Shown: positions 9,479 to 17,965 of the stretch, in pieces | How positions within the stretch are numbered: the first letter of the stretch is position 1 | How the letters are laid out: each line of letters opens with the position of its first letter | Origin: Candidatus Wolfebacteria bacterium GW2011_GWA1_44_24 | GTDB taxonomy: Bacteria > Patescibacteriota > Minisyncoccia > UBA6257 > UBA9933 | NCBI GenBank assembly: GCA_001001115.1 | Contig: LCIO01000001.1 | Coordinates: 300,710-364,709 of the forward strand | Reading direction: 5' to 3' | DNA: 64,000 bases | Position numbers and translations under genes: made by a program | Notes under the pieces: model-generated | What the model was told of the DNA's origin: nothing | Seen by the model: only the letters and a program-made list of their open reading frames with translations | Database searches by the model: none

Positions 9479-9688
9479 GTGATTAAAGTGAGCACTCAGA
9501 TAGAGAAAGAGGTGGAGATAAAAACGAACGAAGGGTTCAATCTGGTTTTTCACAAAAAGACAGGCAACGAGATTGGTCTTCATCCCTTTTCCCGCCCCAA
9601 AGACAAACCCGATGCGATTCTCTCCGCCATGGTTGTTGAAGGGGCTCGTCGGAAGGCCGAAAAACTGTTTTTGTATTCAAGGGGGTGA
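9479..9688 (+). CDS. Small hypothetical protein ending at an in-frame TGA
   Basis: SD gaaggggg. The likely true start is the GTG at 9488. Ends ...LYSRG-TGA. Confidence 0.4.
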   Translation: MIKVSTQIEKEVEIKTNEGFNLVFHKKTGNEIGLHPFSRPKDKPDAILSAMVVEGARRKAEKLFLYSRG

Positions 9689-9901
9689 TTTGGAATAACG
9701 ACAACGATAGAGTGGACTCCCCAGGGATTTGTTTGTTCGCATTGCGGTACGTCAAATCTCGATAAGCACGACAAATGCGGCAACTGCGATGAAAATCCGT
9801 ATGAACCACTGTCAAAAGACGCTTTGTTGACGCGAGAAGAGTTATCGACTTTTCGGGCCGTAATTAGGAAAGATAAAGTTATTGTGAGGCTTTCTGATTA
9901 A
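9689..9901 (+). CDS. Zinc-ribbon reading frame with no start codon, in the same frame as 9479..9688 across the TGA
   Basis: 70 stop-free codons: FGITTTIEWTPQGFVCSHCGTSNLDKHDKCGNCDENPYEP... No in-frame ATG/GTG/TTG occurs before or within the Zn-ribbon (CxxC...CxxC); the first in-frame candidate is a TTG at codon 47. Confidence 0.4.
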   Translation, partial: FGITTTIEWTPQGFVCSHCGTSNLDKHDKCGNCDENPYEPLSKDALLTREELSTFRAVIRKDKVIVRLSD

Positions 9902-9919
9902 ATCAGAAAGCCTCTTTTT
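9886..9919 (+). terminator. Rho-independent terminator of the small-ORF cassette
   Basis: Perfect 14-bp inverted repeat gaggctttctgatt / aatcagaaagcctc followed by ttttt. Confidence 0.7.
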
Positions 9920-9927
9920 ATTCTCCT

Positions 9928-11151
9928 TTAATTCATTATTTGCTGATTTAATATTTCTTCGACTATTTTCCCTTCATCCCAAGGAATTTTTTTGCCGCTT
10001 TCCACACACATCGAAGACTCGCTTCCTTTGCCGGTTAAAATCACAATATCATCTTTTTTTGCCAAAGAAAGCGCTTTTTCAATCGCTTCTCTGCGGTCAA
10101 CAATTTCGTATAAATTAGAAATTGAAAATTGAAAATCGGAAATTCCAGACTTTATATCCGATAAAATCTGGTTTGGGTTTTCATCGTACGGGTCTTCGTT
10201 GGTTAAGATAATTTCGTCGCAATATTGAGCGGCGATTTTGCCCATTGCCGGCCTTTTCCACTTGTCTCGGCCACCGCCAGCCGCCCCAAACACGCAAATT
10301 AATCTGCGTTGATTGCCTTGTAAAGTTTTATAAACATTAAGTAAAGAATCCGGCGTATGCGCGTAATCAATGATTATTTGAAAATTTTGCCCTTCTTCAA
10401 TAAACTCCATTCTTCCGGGAATACTTTTAATTTCAGAAAGTGTCTTTTTTGAGACCTCGTTTTCAACTCCGTATATTTCCGCTGTTTTTATGGCCGCCGC
10501 GGCATTGCTTAAATTAAAATTTCCCGCAATCTGAAGTTTCAATCCTTTAACATCTTCCAAAGAATAAGCGATTTTATTTTTTGCCGAAATATTCCAAAAC
10601 TCTTCAAAATATTTATCATCTTTATTGATAATATGGCCATTTTTTACGTTTTTGAAAAATTTTAATTTTGCTTGCTTGTAATTTTCAAAAGAGCCGTGCG
10701 ATTCAATGTGTTCCGGCGCCAAATTGGTGAAAACCGCGCTGTCAAAATTTATAAATTTATGGCGCGATTGAACGACGCCCTGAGAAGTAACTTCTATAAT
10801 CGCAAATCGACAGCCGGCTTTTTGAGCTTTGGCTAAAAATTTTTGGATATGAAACCTCCCGGGCATCGTCATTTTCAATTTATTTATCCAGACCTCATCC
10901 GCTATTTTAAATTGAATTGATGAAAGAGCGGCAATTTTATATCCCGCGGCTTCAAAAATTTTGCTTAAAAAATAAACAGTTGTTGATTTTCCTTTGGTGC
11001 CCGTGACGCCGATAACAATCATTTTTCCGGAAGGAAAACCGTAAATAAAAGCGCCCAAAAAAACCAGAAGAAAATGATAAGGCGGCTGAAGGCGGCGGTA
11101 TAAAAACTTCGGAATAATATATTTTTCTATAAATCTTAAAATTTTTTCCAT
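9928..11151 (-). CDS. Mur ligase family protein (MurE-like) lacking the usual N-terminal domain
   Basis: P-loop GVTGTKGKSTT, DYAHTPDSL and GAAGGGRDKWKRP. Only 407 aa, with a hydrophobic N-terminus. Confidence 0.75.
   Translation of the reverse strand: MEKILRFIEKYIIPKFLYRRLQPPYHFLLVFLGAFIYGFPSGKMIVIGVTGTKGKSTTVYFLSKIFEAAGYKIAALSSIQFKIADEVWINKLKMTMPGRFHIQKFLAKAQKAGCRFAIIEVTSQGVVQSRHKFINFDSAVFTNLAPEHIESHGSFENYKQAKLKFFKNVKNGHIINKDDKYFEEFWNISAKNKIAYSLEDVKGLKLQIAGNFNLSNAAAAIKTAEIYGVENEVSKKTLSEIKSIPGRMEFIEEGQNFQIIIDYAHTPDSLLNVYKTLQGNQRRLICVFGAAGGGRDKWKRPAMGKIAAQYCDEIILTNEDPYDENPNQILSDIKSGISDFQFSISNLYEIVDRREAIEKALSLAKKDDIVILTGKGSESSMCVESGKKIPWDEGKIVEEILNQQIMN
10112..10146. repeat. Heptamer-periodic tract (aaattag aaattga aaattga aaatcgg aaattcc)
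   Basis: Read directly. Lies inside the murE-like CDS, where the protein reads ISDFQFSISNLYE. Confidence 0.75.
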
Positions 11152-11154
11152 AAA

Positions 11155-12405
11155 TCATCGCGCCGCCAAACCGCCGGGCAAATAATCCAGGGGGTCAATG
11201 GTTACGCCGATTGGCACAAGGCCGCAGTTGCAGTTTGGCAGATTTTGAAGTCGAATGCTCGGCTCCCAATAAAGTCCGAGATGGAGATGTCCTCGGCCAA
11301 TGGCGTAGCCGGTGTTGCCCGAATAGCCTATTAATTGTCCTTTTTTGACCAAATCGCCTTTTTTCAAAAGAGAATTATAAGAAAGATGGGCGTAAAGAGT
11401 GGCTAAGTTATTGTTATGTTTTATAAGAACGTATTTTCCATACTGATAGCGGCCGTTGTTGCCGATTGCCGTTATTTCGCCGTCGTCAGCGGAGAAAATC
11501 GCCGTGCCGATGGGCGTTCCGAAATCCATTCCATTGTGGGGTTTGCCTCGATAAAGCCGGGAAATTTCGCCGAATTTCTGAGTAATGCGCGGGTTAAGAA
11601 CGGGCCAAGCCAAAATGCCCGGACGCTTAAGCGGCAGAAGCGCGGGGTCGAAAGAGCGCCGCAATTCATCTTCCGTAAACTCAATTTCATCGCTGATGGC
11701 GCTTTGTTTTTTCTCCAAGTCGCTTAATGTTTGCTGATAAACTTTTTCCTGATTTTTAGTGGTTGTTAAAAGTGATTGTTTGTCTTTTTTAATATCTTCG
11801 GTGATTATTTTTTTGTTTTTAAGATTAAAATTTTCTTCTTCCTTGTCCAGTTTTTTATTCGAGAGTTCGTTAATTTTTTCACCTAACCGGGTTTTCAACG
11901 TTCGCATTTCGGCGATTTTATTCGATAAGTTTCCGCTTAAATCGGTTAATCCTTGGACTTCAAAAACGCTCTCGGCCAGACTTTTATTTTTGAGAAAAAT
12001 AACAAGCGGCGTTTCGCTGCTTTTTTGCTGAAGTTCTTTTAGAAGCTCGCTGACGCCTCTTTTTTGAATGTCGATTTTTTCTCCGATTTCGACAATATCA
12101 TTTTGAGCGGAATCAATTTCCAACCCTGTTTTTTCAATCAAAATTTCGCTGGCGCGGACGCTTAGATTGATTTGGTTGATTTGGGTGTTGATTTTATCAA
12201 CCTCTTTTTTCAGAGTCGCGCCTTTTTCTTTGGTTTCTTCGAGACTTTTTTGAGCTTCCTGGATTTGAGCGTTGATTTTCTGAAGTTCTTGAGTTTTTTG
12301 ACCGATGGATTCCTTTAATTCTTGCGGAGTGGCGGCAGAAACCGCTAAAACAGAAAACAGAAAACAGAAAACAGAAAACAGAAATATTTTATAAAATATC
12401 TTCAT
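11155..12405 (-). CDS. Secreted coiled-coil M23 peptidase (EnvC-like)
   Basis: Signal peptide and a long Gln/Lys/Glu coiled coil. M23 motifs HNGMDFG and HLHLGLY. Confidence 0.85.
   Translation of the reverse strand: MKIFYKIFLFSVFCFLFSVLAVSAATPQELKESIGQKTQELQKINAQIQEAQKSLEETKEKGATLKKEVDKINTQINQINLSVRASEILIEKTGLEIDSAQNDIVEIGEKIDIQKRGVSELLKELQQKSSETPLVIFLKNKSLAESVFEVQGLTDLSGNLSNKIAEMRTLKTRLGEKINELSNKKLDKEEENFNLKNKKIITEDIKKDKQSLLTTTKNQEKVYQQTLSDLEKKQSAISDEIEFTEDELRRSFDPALLPLKRPGILAWPVLNPRITQKFGEISRLYRGKPHNGMDFGTPIGTAIFSADDGEITAIGNNGRYQYGKYVLIKHNNNLATLYAHLSYNSLLKKGDLVKKGQLIGYSGNTGYAIGRGHLHLGLYWEPSIRLQNLPNCNCGLVPIGVTIDPLDYLPGGLAAR
12351..12385. repeat. Heptamer tandem repeat cagaaaa x4 plus cagaaat
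   Basis: Read directly. On the coding strand it reads ttttctg and encodes the signal-peptide core FCFLFSVFCFLFSV. Confidence 0.85.
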
Positions 12406-12411
12406 TAATTA

Positions 12412-12984
12412 TCAAGATAAATTTTTTAATGCCATCCTTAAGCGTTCGTCTATTTTACTGATTTTTGAAGGGATATCTTTCAGCGCGTCTTTAATTTCGC
12501 TTTGCTTATAACCGAGATTTTTAAGGGTTTTTTCTATATCGGCGTCAATATCCATCAAATCAATGATATTTTCATCGACTTGATTTTTGATTTTATCGCG
12601 CAATTCCAGAATAATCCGATGGGCGGTTTTTTTGCCGACGCCGGAAATTTTTGTCAAAATGTCGATGCGGTTTTTGTCGATAGCCGCCAGTAAACCGTCA
12701 ATTCGGCCGGCGCTCAAAATTTTCAGGGCGATTTTCGGTCCGACACTGGGAATAGAATTCAATAATTCAAAAATTTCTAATTCTTTTTCGCTCAGGAAGC
12801 CGTATAATTCAAGGCCGTCTTGGCGGAGATGCGGATAGCAGAACAGCTTGATTTTCGAGCCGATTTTCGGCAGGCGATGGAAGGTTTTCGACGAAACAAA
12901 AATTTTAAAACCAAGGCCGCCAGCCTCCACGACAAGAAACGGGGGTTTTTTGAAGATGAATTTGCCGAAAATAGAATAAAGCAT
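12412..12984 (-). CDS. ruvA: Holliday junction DNA helicase subunit RuvA
   Basis: 190 aa with HhH motifs (IPSVGPKIA, ISGVGKKTA) and typical RuvA architecture. Confidence 0.9.
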   Translation of the reverse strand: MLYSIFGKFIFKKPPFLVVEAGGLGFKIFVSSKTFHRLPKIGSKIKLFCYPHLRQDGLELYGFLSEKELEIFELLNSIPSVGPKIALKILSAGRIDGLLAAIDKNRIDILTKISGVGKKTAHRIILELRDKIKNQVDENIIDLMDIDADIEKTLKNLGYKQSEIKDALKDIPSKISKIDERLRMALKNLS

Positions 12985-13009
12985 GATATAAAGTTTATCC
13001 TAAAAACCA

Positions 13010-13038
13010 TTGACACTCAACCTTCTTTCGTTTAGTTT
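13010..13038 (+). promoter_or_regulatory. Candidate sigma70-type promoter of rpsT (ttgaca, 17 nt spacer, tagttt)
   Basis: The -10 ends 6 nt before the ATG at 13045 and there is no SD, which implies a leaderless transcript. Confidence 0.4.
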
Positions 13039-13044
13039 AATCCT

Positions 13045-13299
13045 ATGCCTATCGTCAAATCAGCCAAAAAAGCCCTGCGCCAGAATATCCGGCGCCGCAA
13101 ACAAAACGTTAAAAGAAAAAACGAATTAAAGTCGGTTATTAAAAATTACAAGAAATTGGTCGTTGATGGGAAAAAAGAAGAAGCAAAAACTTATTTATCG
13201 CAAGTTTATAAGAAGCTGGATAAATCGGCAAAAGCGGATTTAATCAAAAAAAACAAAGCCGCGAGATTGAAATCTCGACTAAGCAGATTGATAAAATAA
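13045..13299 (+). CDS. rpsT: 30S ribosomal protein S20
   Basis: MPIVKSAKKALRQNIRRRKQN, a typical S20 N-terminus. 84 aa. Confidence 0.9.
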   Translation: MPIVKSAKKALRQNIRRRKQNVKRKNELKSVIKNYKKLVVDGKKEEAKTYLSQVYKKLDKSAKADLIKKNKAARLKSRLSRLIK

Positions 13300-13326
13300 A
13301 AAATCCCGCTTAGGCGGGATTTTTTA
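13296..13326. terminator. Bidirectional terminator between rpsT and pnp
   Basis: atcccgc-ttag-gcgggat hairpin flanked by an A-run and a T-run. Confidence 0.7.
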
Positions 13327-15423
13327 TTTGCTTAAAGCTTTTATTGAAAGTCCAATCTTGCCGTTTTCAACTTTAATGACTTTTACTTTGACAATATCGC
13401 CGATTTTAATCACGTCCTCCACTTTTTTAACAAAACCCTCTTTAAGTTCGGAAACATGAACCATTCCGTCTTTTCCGCCCCCCAAATCCACAATGGCGCC
13501 GAATTCCAAAATTTTTATCACCGATCCTTCCAAGATTTCTCCTATTTGGAATTGGCGGGTCAGGGATTTGATGTAGCGAATGGCCGAGATAACCTTTTCT
13601 TCAGCCATGCCGGCCACGAAAACCCGGCCGCTTTCTTCGATGTCAATGGTTTCCACACCTGTGTCTTTGATGATGGCATTGATGACTTTGCCGCCCGGGC
13701 CGATGACTTCGCCGATTTGTTCGGGCTTGATTTCCAAAGTCATGATAACCGGCGCAAAGGAAGAAATTTGGGCGCGGGGCTTGTCAATGGTTTTTTTCAT
13801 AAATTCCAAAATCTCCAGACGGGCTTTTTTAGATTGCATTAAAACTTCCTCGAGTATTTTGGGAGTAACGCCTTCAATTTTAACATCCATTTGAATCGCC
13901 GTAATGCCATCGCTGGTGCCGGCGATTTTACAGTCCATATCGCCGTAGTGGTCCTCTGGTCCTTGGATGTCGGTGAGAATTTTATATCGGCCGTCCGGCA
14001 CGCTCATTAATCCCATTGCAATGCCGGCAGCGGCTTTCTTAATTGGCACGCCGGCGTCCATCAAAGACATTGAAGCGGCTGAAACGCTTGCCATTGAAGA
14101 AGAGCCGTTGGAGGATAAGATTTCCGATACTACCCGGATGGTGTAGGGAAATTCTTCCGAAGAGGGAATCAGCGGCCGAACGGCTTTATCCGCAAGATTG
14201 CCGTGGCCGATTTCCCGCCGGCCCACGCCTCCCATCCGGCCGACTTCGCCGACCGAATAAGGCGGAAAATTATAATGGAGCATAAAGCGGCGCTTGCCGG
14301 AAATTTCCATTGTTTCAATCAATTGTTCGGCGCCGGGAGCCGCCAAAGTGGTGACAGCCAGAGCCTGAGTGTTGCCGCGCGCGAATAAAGCCGAACCGTG
14401 CAGGCGCTTGAATAATCCGATTTCGGCAAAAAGTTCGCGAACCTCGTCCAGTTTTCTGGCGTCGGGCCTTTTTTCGGATTCAATGATATTTTTATGGACG
14501 AGTTTATCAACTTTTTCTTCGAATAATTGGTCTGCCGACTCGAGTCCTTGAACCGATTCTTGGAGCAGATACTGTTTCAAATTTTCCTTAAGTTCGGCAA
14601 TTTGATTTTGACGCTCGGTTTTGTCTTTGACATAAAGCGCTTGCTCCAATTTGTCGTTTAAAAAATCAACGACTTTTTCACGAAGCTCGGCCGGCGGCTC
14701 GATTAAAGCCACTTCGGCTTTTTTTTGGCCGATTTTTTGGACAATTTCTTTTTGAAATTCAATAAGTTTTTTTATTTCTTCGTGCGCCAAAACGAAACTT
14801 TCAACCGCTTCTTTCTCTTCGGCTTCATTGCCGCTAAGTTCAATCATATTGATTTTATTTTCCGTGCCGGCGATAAAGGCGTCAAAAACAATGTTTTTAT
14901 TTTCCGTAAAAAGGCGATTAGTCGGGTTAATAACTGTTTCGCCGTCTTTGATTCTTGCCGTTCTTACGCCGGCAATCGGACCGTTCCAGGGAATATCGGA
15001 AATTAAAAGAGCGGCTGAAGCCGAAAGCAAAGAAATGAAATCCGGGTCGTTTTCTTCGTCGTAAGAAAGGACAGTAACGACAATCTGGATATCGCGGCGC
15101 ATTCTGGAATCAAAAAGCGGCCGGATGCTCCGGTCAATCAGCCGGCCGGAAAGAACCGCGGCTTCCGAAGGCCGACCCTCTCTTCTGATAAATCGCGAAC
15201 CTATGATTTTGCCGGCCGCGTAAAATTTTTCTTCGTAATCGACGACGAGCGGAAGATAATCGATGTCTTTGTCTTTGTTTCCCATTACGGCCGTGACTAA
15301 GACTGAAGTATCGCCGTATTGTCCCAAGACAGCGGCATTGGCTTGCTCGGCCAGTCGAGAAACGGTTAAGGTCAACGGCTGACCCGCAAAATCAATAGAA
15401 AATTGTTGTTTATTAAAATTCAT
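13324..15423 (-). CDS. pnp: Polynucleotide phosphorylase
   Basis: 699 aa. Two RNase PH domains followed by KH and S1 (GAIVDLGGGKDGMVHVSEL). Confidence 0.95.
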   Translation of the reverse strand: MNFNKQQFSIDFAGQPLTLTVSRLAEQANAAVLGQYGDTSVLVTAVMGNKDKDIDYLPLVVDYEEKFYAAGKIIGSRFIRREGRPSEAAVLSGRLIDRSIRPLFDSRMRRDIQIVVTVLSYDEENDPDFISLLSASAALLISDIPWNGPIAGVRTARIKDGETVINPTNRLFTENKNIVFDAFIAGTENKINMIELSGNEAEEKEAVESFVLAHEEIKKLIEFQKEIVQKIGQKKAEVALIEPPAELREKVVDFLNDKLEQALYVKDKTERQNQIAELKENLKQYLLQESVQGLESADQLFEEKVDKLVHKNIIESEKRPDARKLDEVRELFAEIGLFKRLHGSALFARGNTQALAVTTLAAPGAEQLIETMEISGKRRFMLHYNFPPYSVGEVGRMGGVGRREIGHGNLADKAVRPLIPSSEEFPYTIRVVSEILSSNGSSSMASVSAASMSLMDAGVPIKKAAAGIAMGLMSVPDGRYKILTDIQGPEDHYGDMDCKIAGTSDGITAIQMDVKIEGVTPKILEEVLMQSKKARLEILEFMKKTIDKPRAQISSFAPVIMTLEIKPEQIGEVIGPGGKVINAIIKDTGVETIDIEESGRVFVAGMAEEKVISAIRYIKSLTRQFQIGEILEGSVIKILEFGAIVDLGGGKDGMVHVSELKEGFVKKVEDVIKIGDIVKVKVIKVENGKIGLSIKALSK

Positions 15424-15926
15424 CGTTTCAAAATAATTTTGGGCATTGAATCCAGGTCAATGAAAAGATCAGTCGCTTCTTTGAGTTTGGAAGAGGTGCT
15501 CCGGCCAAAAGCCGCCACTTCCACTTGCCGGCCGAGACCCCATTTTAAGTATTCAACCAGCGGAACGAAATCGCCGTCGCCGGTCGCCAGAATAATGACA
15601 TCAAGAAAGCTTGCCATCCGGATAGCGTCAACCGCCATTCCCACATCCCAGTCGGCTTTTTTGACCCCGCCGGCAAAAATTTGCAGGTCTTTGACGCGAA
15701 GTTCAATGCCGGTCTTTTCCAGAACTTCAAAAAAAGCCGCTTCGCCTTCGGCTGATTCGCTTTTCACCACATAACCAATGGCTCTTATCAGTTGCCGGTT
15801 GTCAACAAGAGAGCGGATAAGTTCTTTGTAATTGACCCGGCCGTGATAAAGGTGTTTGGCGCAGTGATAAAGATTTTGGATATCGATAAAAATGCCGACG
15901 CGCTGATTTTTGTGAGACAAATTCAT
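15420..15926 (-). CDS. NYN/LabA-like domain protein
   Basis: VGIFIDIQNLYH and ATGDGDFVPLV motifs. Confidence 0.7.
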   Translation of the reverse strand: MNLSHKNQRVGIFIDIQNLYHCAKHLYHGRVNYKELIRSLVDNRQLIRAIGYVVKSESAEGEAAFFEVLEKTGIELRVKDLQIFAGGVKKADWDVGMAVDAIRMASFLDVIILATGDGDFVPLVEYLKWGLGRQVEVAAFGRSTSSKLKEATDLFIDLDSMPKIILKR

Positions 15927-16195
15927 TACTTTTTAAGCCCCAGTTTTCTGACCAAAGTCGTATAACTTTTCTGGCTGTTTTTTGACAGATAATCAAGAAG
16001 CTTTCTCCTTTTACTGACCATCTTTAATAATCCCCGGCGGGAATGATTGTCTTTGGGATTGGTTTTAAGATGAGCGGTGAGTTCGTTAATTTGTTTGGTG
16101 AGCATCGCAATCTGAACTTCAACCGAACCGGTGTCGGTTTCATGGAGTTTGTATTCTTTAAATATGTTTTGTTTTTGTCGGACGGTTAAAGCCAT
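15926..16195 (-). CDS. rpsO: 30S ribosomal protein S15
   Basis: 89 aa with [12 protein letters not shown] and [14 protein letters not shown]. Confidence 0.9.
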   Translation of the reverse strand: MALTVRQKQNIFKEYKLHETDTGSVEVQIAMLTKQINELTAHLKTNPKDNHSRRGLLKMVSKRRKLLDYLSKNSQKSYTTLVRKLGLKK

Positions 16196-16277
16196 AATTG
16201 TTTCAATTTAATTGATTTTGAAATAAAACACAAGTCTTGGGCAGGTTGTCTGTCATTCTTTATTTTGCGACATTTTG

Positions 16278-16286
16278 TGATATATT
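16278..16286 (+). promoter_or_regulatory. Extended -10 (tga tatatt) 6 nt upstream of the xer ATG
   Basis: TGnTATATT-like element with no SD before the ATG at 16293. Confidence 0.35.
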
Positions 16287-16292
16287 TATTTT

Positions 16293-17198
16293 ATGGATAT
16301 CAAAATTTTACTTAAAAATTATCTTGATTATTTGGAAATAGAAAAGAACCGTTCTCCGAAAACCGCGGAAAATTATAAGCGTTATCTGGAGGCGTTTTTG
16401 AATTTTGGGGGGATTAAAACCGAGAAAGGCATTACTTTGGACAAGGTGCGCGATTTTCGTCTCTATTTAGCGCGCAGAAAAACTCCGAGAGGCGAAAATT
16501 ATAAAAAAACCACCCAAAGCTATTATGTCATCGCTTTGCGGAATTTTTTGAAATTCTTAACAAAGAACGATTACGAAGTTTTGTCACCCGACAAAATTGA
16601 ACTGCCGAGAACTCCAAGCCGACAAATTAAAATCATTGAATATCAAGATTTGGAGAGATTACTTGAAGCGCCCAAAGGCAGTGATTTGCGGAGCCTTCGC
16701 GATAAAGCCATTCTGGAAATTTTATTTTCCACCGGCTTGCGGATTTCCGAGCTTTGTTCGTTGAATCGCTATATTGATTTAGCGAGAGGAGAATTGACGG
16801 TTCGCGGCAAAGGCGACAAATTGCGGGCGGTTTTTTTGTCCGAACGGGCAAAAAAAGCGATTGACATTTATCTTAAAAAAAGAAACGACGCTGAAGAAGC
16901 TTTATTTGTCAGTTTGACCAAGTCAAAAAATCCAAAAATCATCGGCCGTATTATTCCGCGAACGATTCAAAGAATAATTGATTTTTACGGCCGCAAGGCC
17001 GGCGTTGCGGAAAAAGTGCATCCTCATATGATTCGCCATTCTTACGCCACCGACCTTTTGATTAACGGCGCGGATTTGCGTTCGGTTCAGGAGCTTCTCG
17101 GCCACGCCAATGTTTCCACCACGCAAATTTACACCCATTTGACTAATAAAGAACTGCGGGAAACCCATCGGGCGTTTCACGGCCGGCGGAGAAGGTAA
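16293..17198 (+). CDS. XerC/XerD-family tyrosine recombinase
   Basis: HMIRHSYATDLL and LGHANVSTTQIYTH catalytic region. 301 aa. Confidence 0.85.
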   Translation: MDIKILLKNYLDYLEIEKNRSPKTAENYKRYLEAFLNFGGIKTEKGITLDKVRDFRLYLARRKTPRGENYKKTTQSYYVIALRNFLKFLTKNDYEVLSPDKIELPRTPSRQIKIIEYQDLERLLEAPKGSDLRSLRDKAILEILFSTGLRISELCSLNRYIDLARGELTVRGKGDKLRAVFLSERAKKAIDIYLKKRNDAEEALFVSLTKSKNPKIIGRIIPRTIQRIIDFYGRKAGVAEKVHPHMIRHSYATDLLINGADLRSVQELLGHANVSTTQIYTHLTNKELRETHRAFHGRRRR

Positions 17199-17258
17199 TT
17201 TTTTTGCTTGGACGCGGGGTTGACACAATGCTCGGCGTCCGTAATCTTAAGATTAAGA

Positions 17259-17630
17259 ATGACTGAACAGCAAAATTCGGAAAATAAAAATCCGATTTCA
17301 TCGCCGCCTTCTTTGGACGTTGAAATCAGGACCATGGAAACGGATATCGAATCGGTTAAAGCCAGCGGCGGCGACCTGACGAATCCGCAGTTCATCCGCT
17401 TGGGAGAATCGCCGATGGAGCCGATTAAATCGCCGGAAGAGCCGAAAACGAATTTGGATATTCCCGGTTACACCGGTCCGGAAAAAGCGATTTTCAGTCC
17501 GGCGCCGACAGTAGATTCCAAAGATAGCCAATCGCCGGCTATAAAAATAATTTTGATGATTATCGCGATTTTCATCGCCGCGGCCGCCATCGGATTTCTA
17601 AGTTATTATCTGGCGTCTAGAATTTTTTAA
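17259..17630 (+). CDS. Tail-anchored hypothetical protein
   Basis: Start set at the ATG at 17259. Pro/Ser-rich, with a C-terminal TM helix, IILMIIAIFIAAAAIGFL. Confidence 0.4.
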   Translation: MTEQQNSENKNPISSPPSLDVEIRTMETDIESVKASGGDLTNPQFIRLGESPMEPIKSPEEPKTNLDIPGYTGPEKAIFSPAPTVDSKDSQSPAIKIILMIIAIFIAAAAIGFLSYYLASRIF

Positions 17631-17632
17631 TC

Positions 17633-17965
17633 ATGCTTAAAAAAAATATTGAACAATTTAATAAAAAGCTTGAAAAAGAAAAGATGGAAATTAGGGAAGA
17701 ATTGGAAAAGCACAAAAAAATGCCCCGGTTCGGTTCCGAAACCACCGATCCCGACCAGGAAACCGACGAATCCGAAGAATACGGCAATCAACTTTCCGTC
17801 GTTCAAACCTACAAAGAACGGCTGGCGGACATTGATTCGGCTTTGAAAAAAATCAAAAACGGCAAATACGGCGTTTGCGAAAAATGCAAAAAGGAAATCT
17901 CCTTAAAACTTCTTAAAATCGATCCGGAATCAAGAATGTGCCAGGAATGCAAAAAGAAGGCGTGA
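17633..17965 (+). CDS. DksA/TraR-family C4 zinc-finger protein
   Basis: GKYGVCEKCKKEI...CQECKKK (CxxC-17-CxxC) after a coiled-coil region. Confidence 0.75.
   Translation: MLKKNIEQFNKKLEKEKMEIREELEKHKKMPRFGSETTDPDQETDESEEYGNQLSVVQTYKERLADIDSALKKIKNGKYGVCEKCKKEISLKLLKIDPESRMCQECKKKA

Noticed and set aside
13456-13842. Many track ORFs lie antisense to or inside long conserved genes. Examples are 13456..13842, 23889..24392, 28017..28415, 39538..39933, 48442..48906 and 61410..61847.
   Set aside because: They sit opposite strongly supported CDSs, have low-complexity Arg/Phe/Gly-rich translations, and have no start-site signals. I treated them as shadow ORFs.
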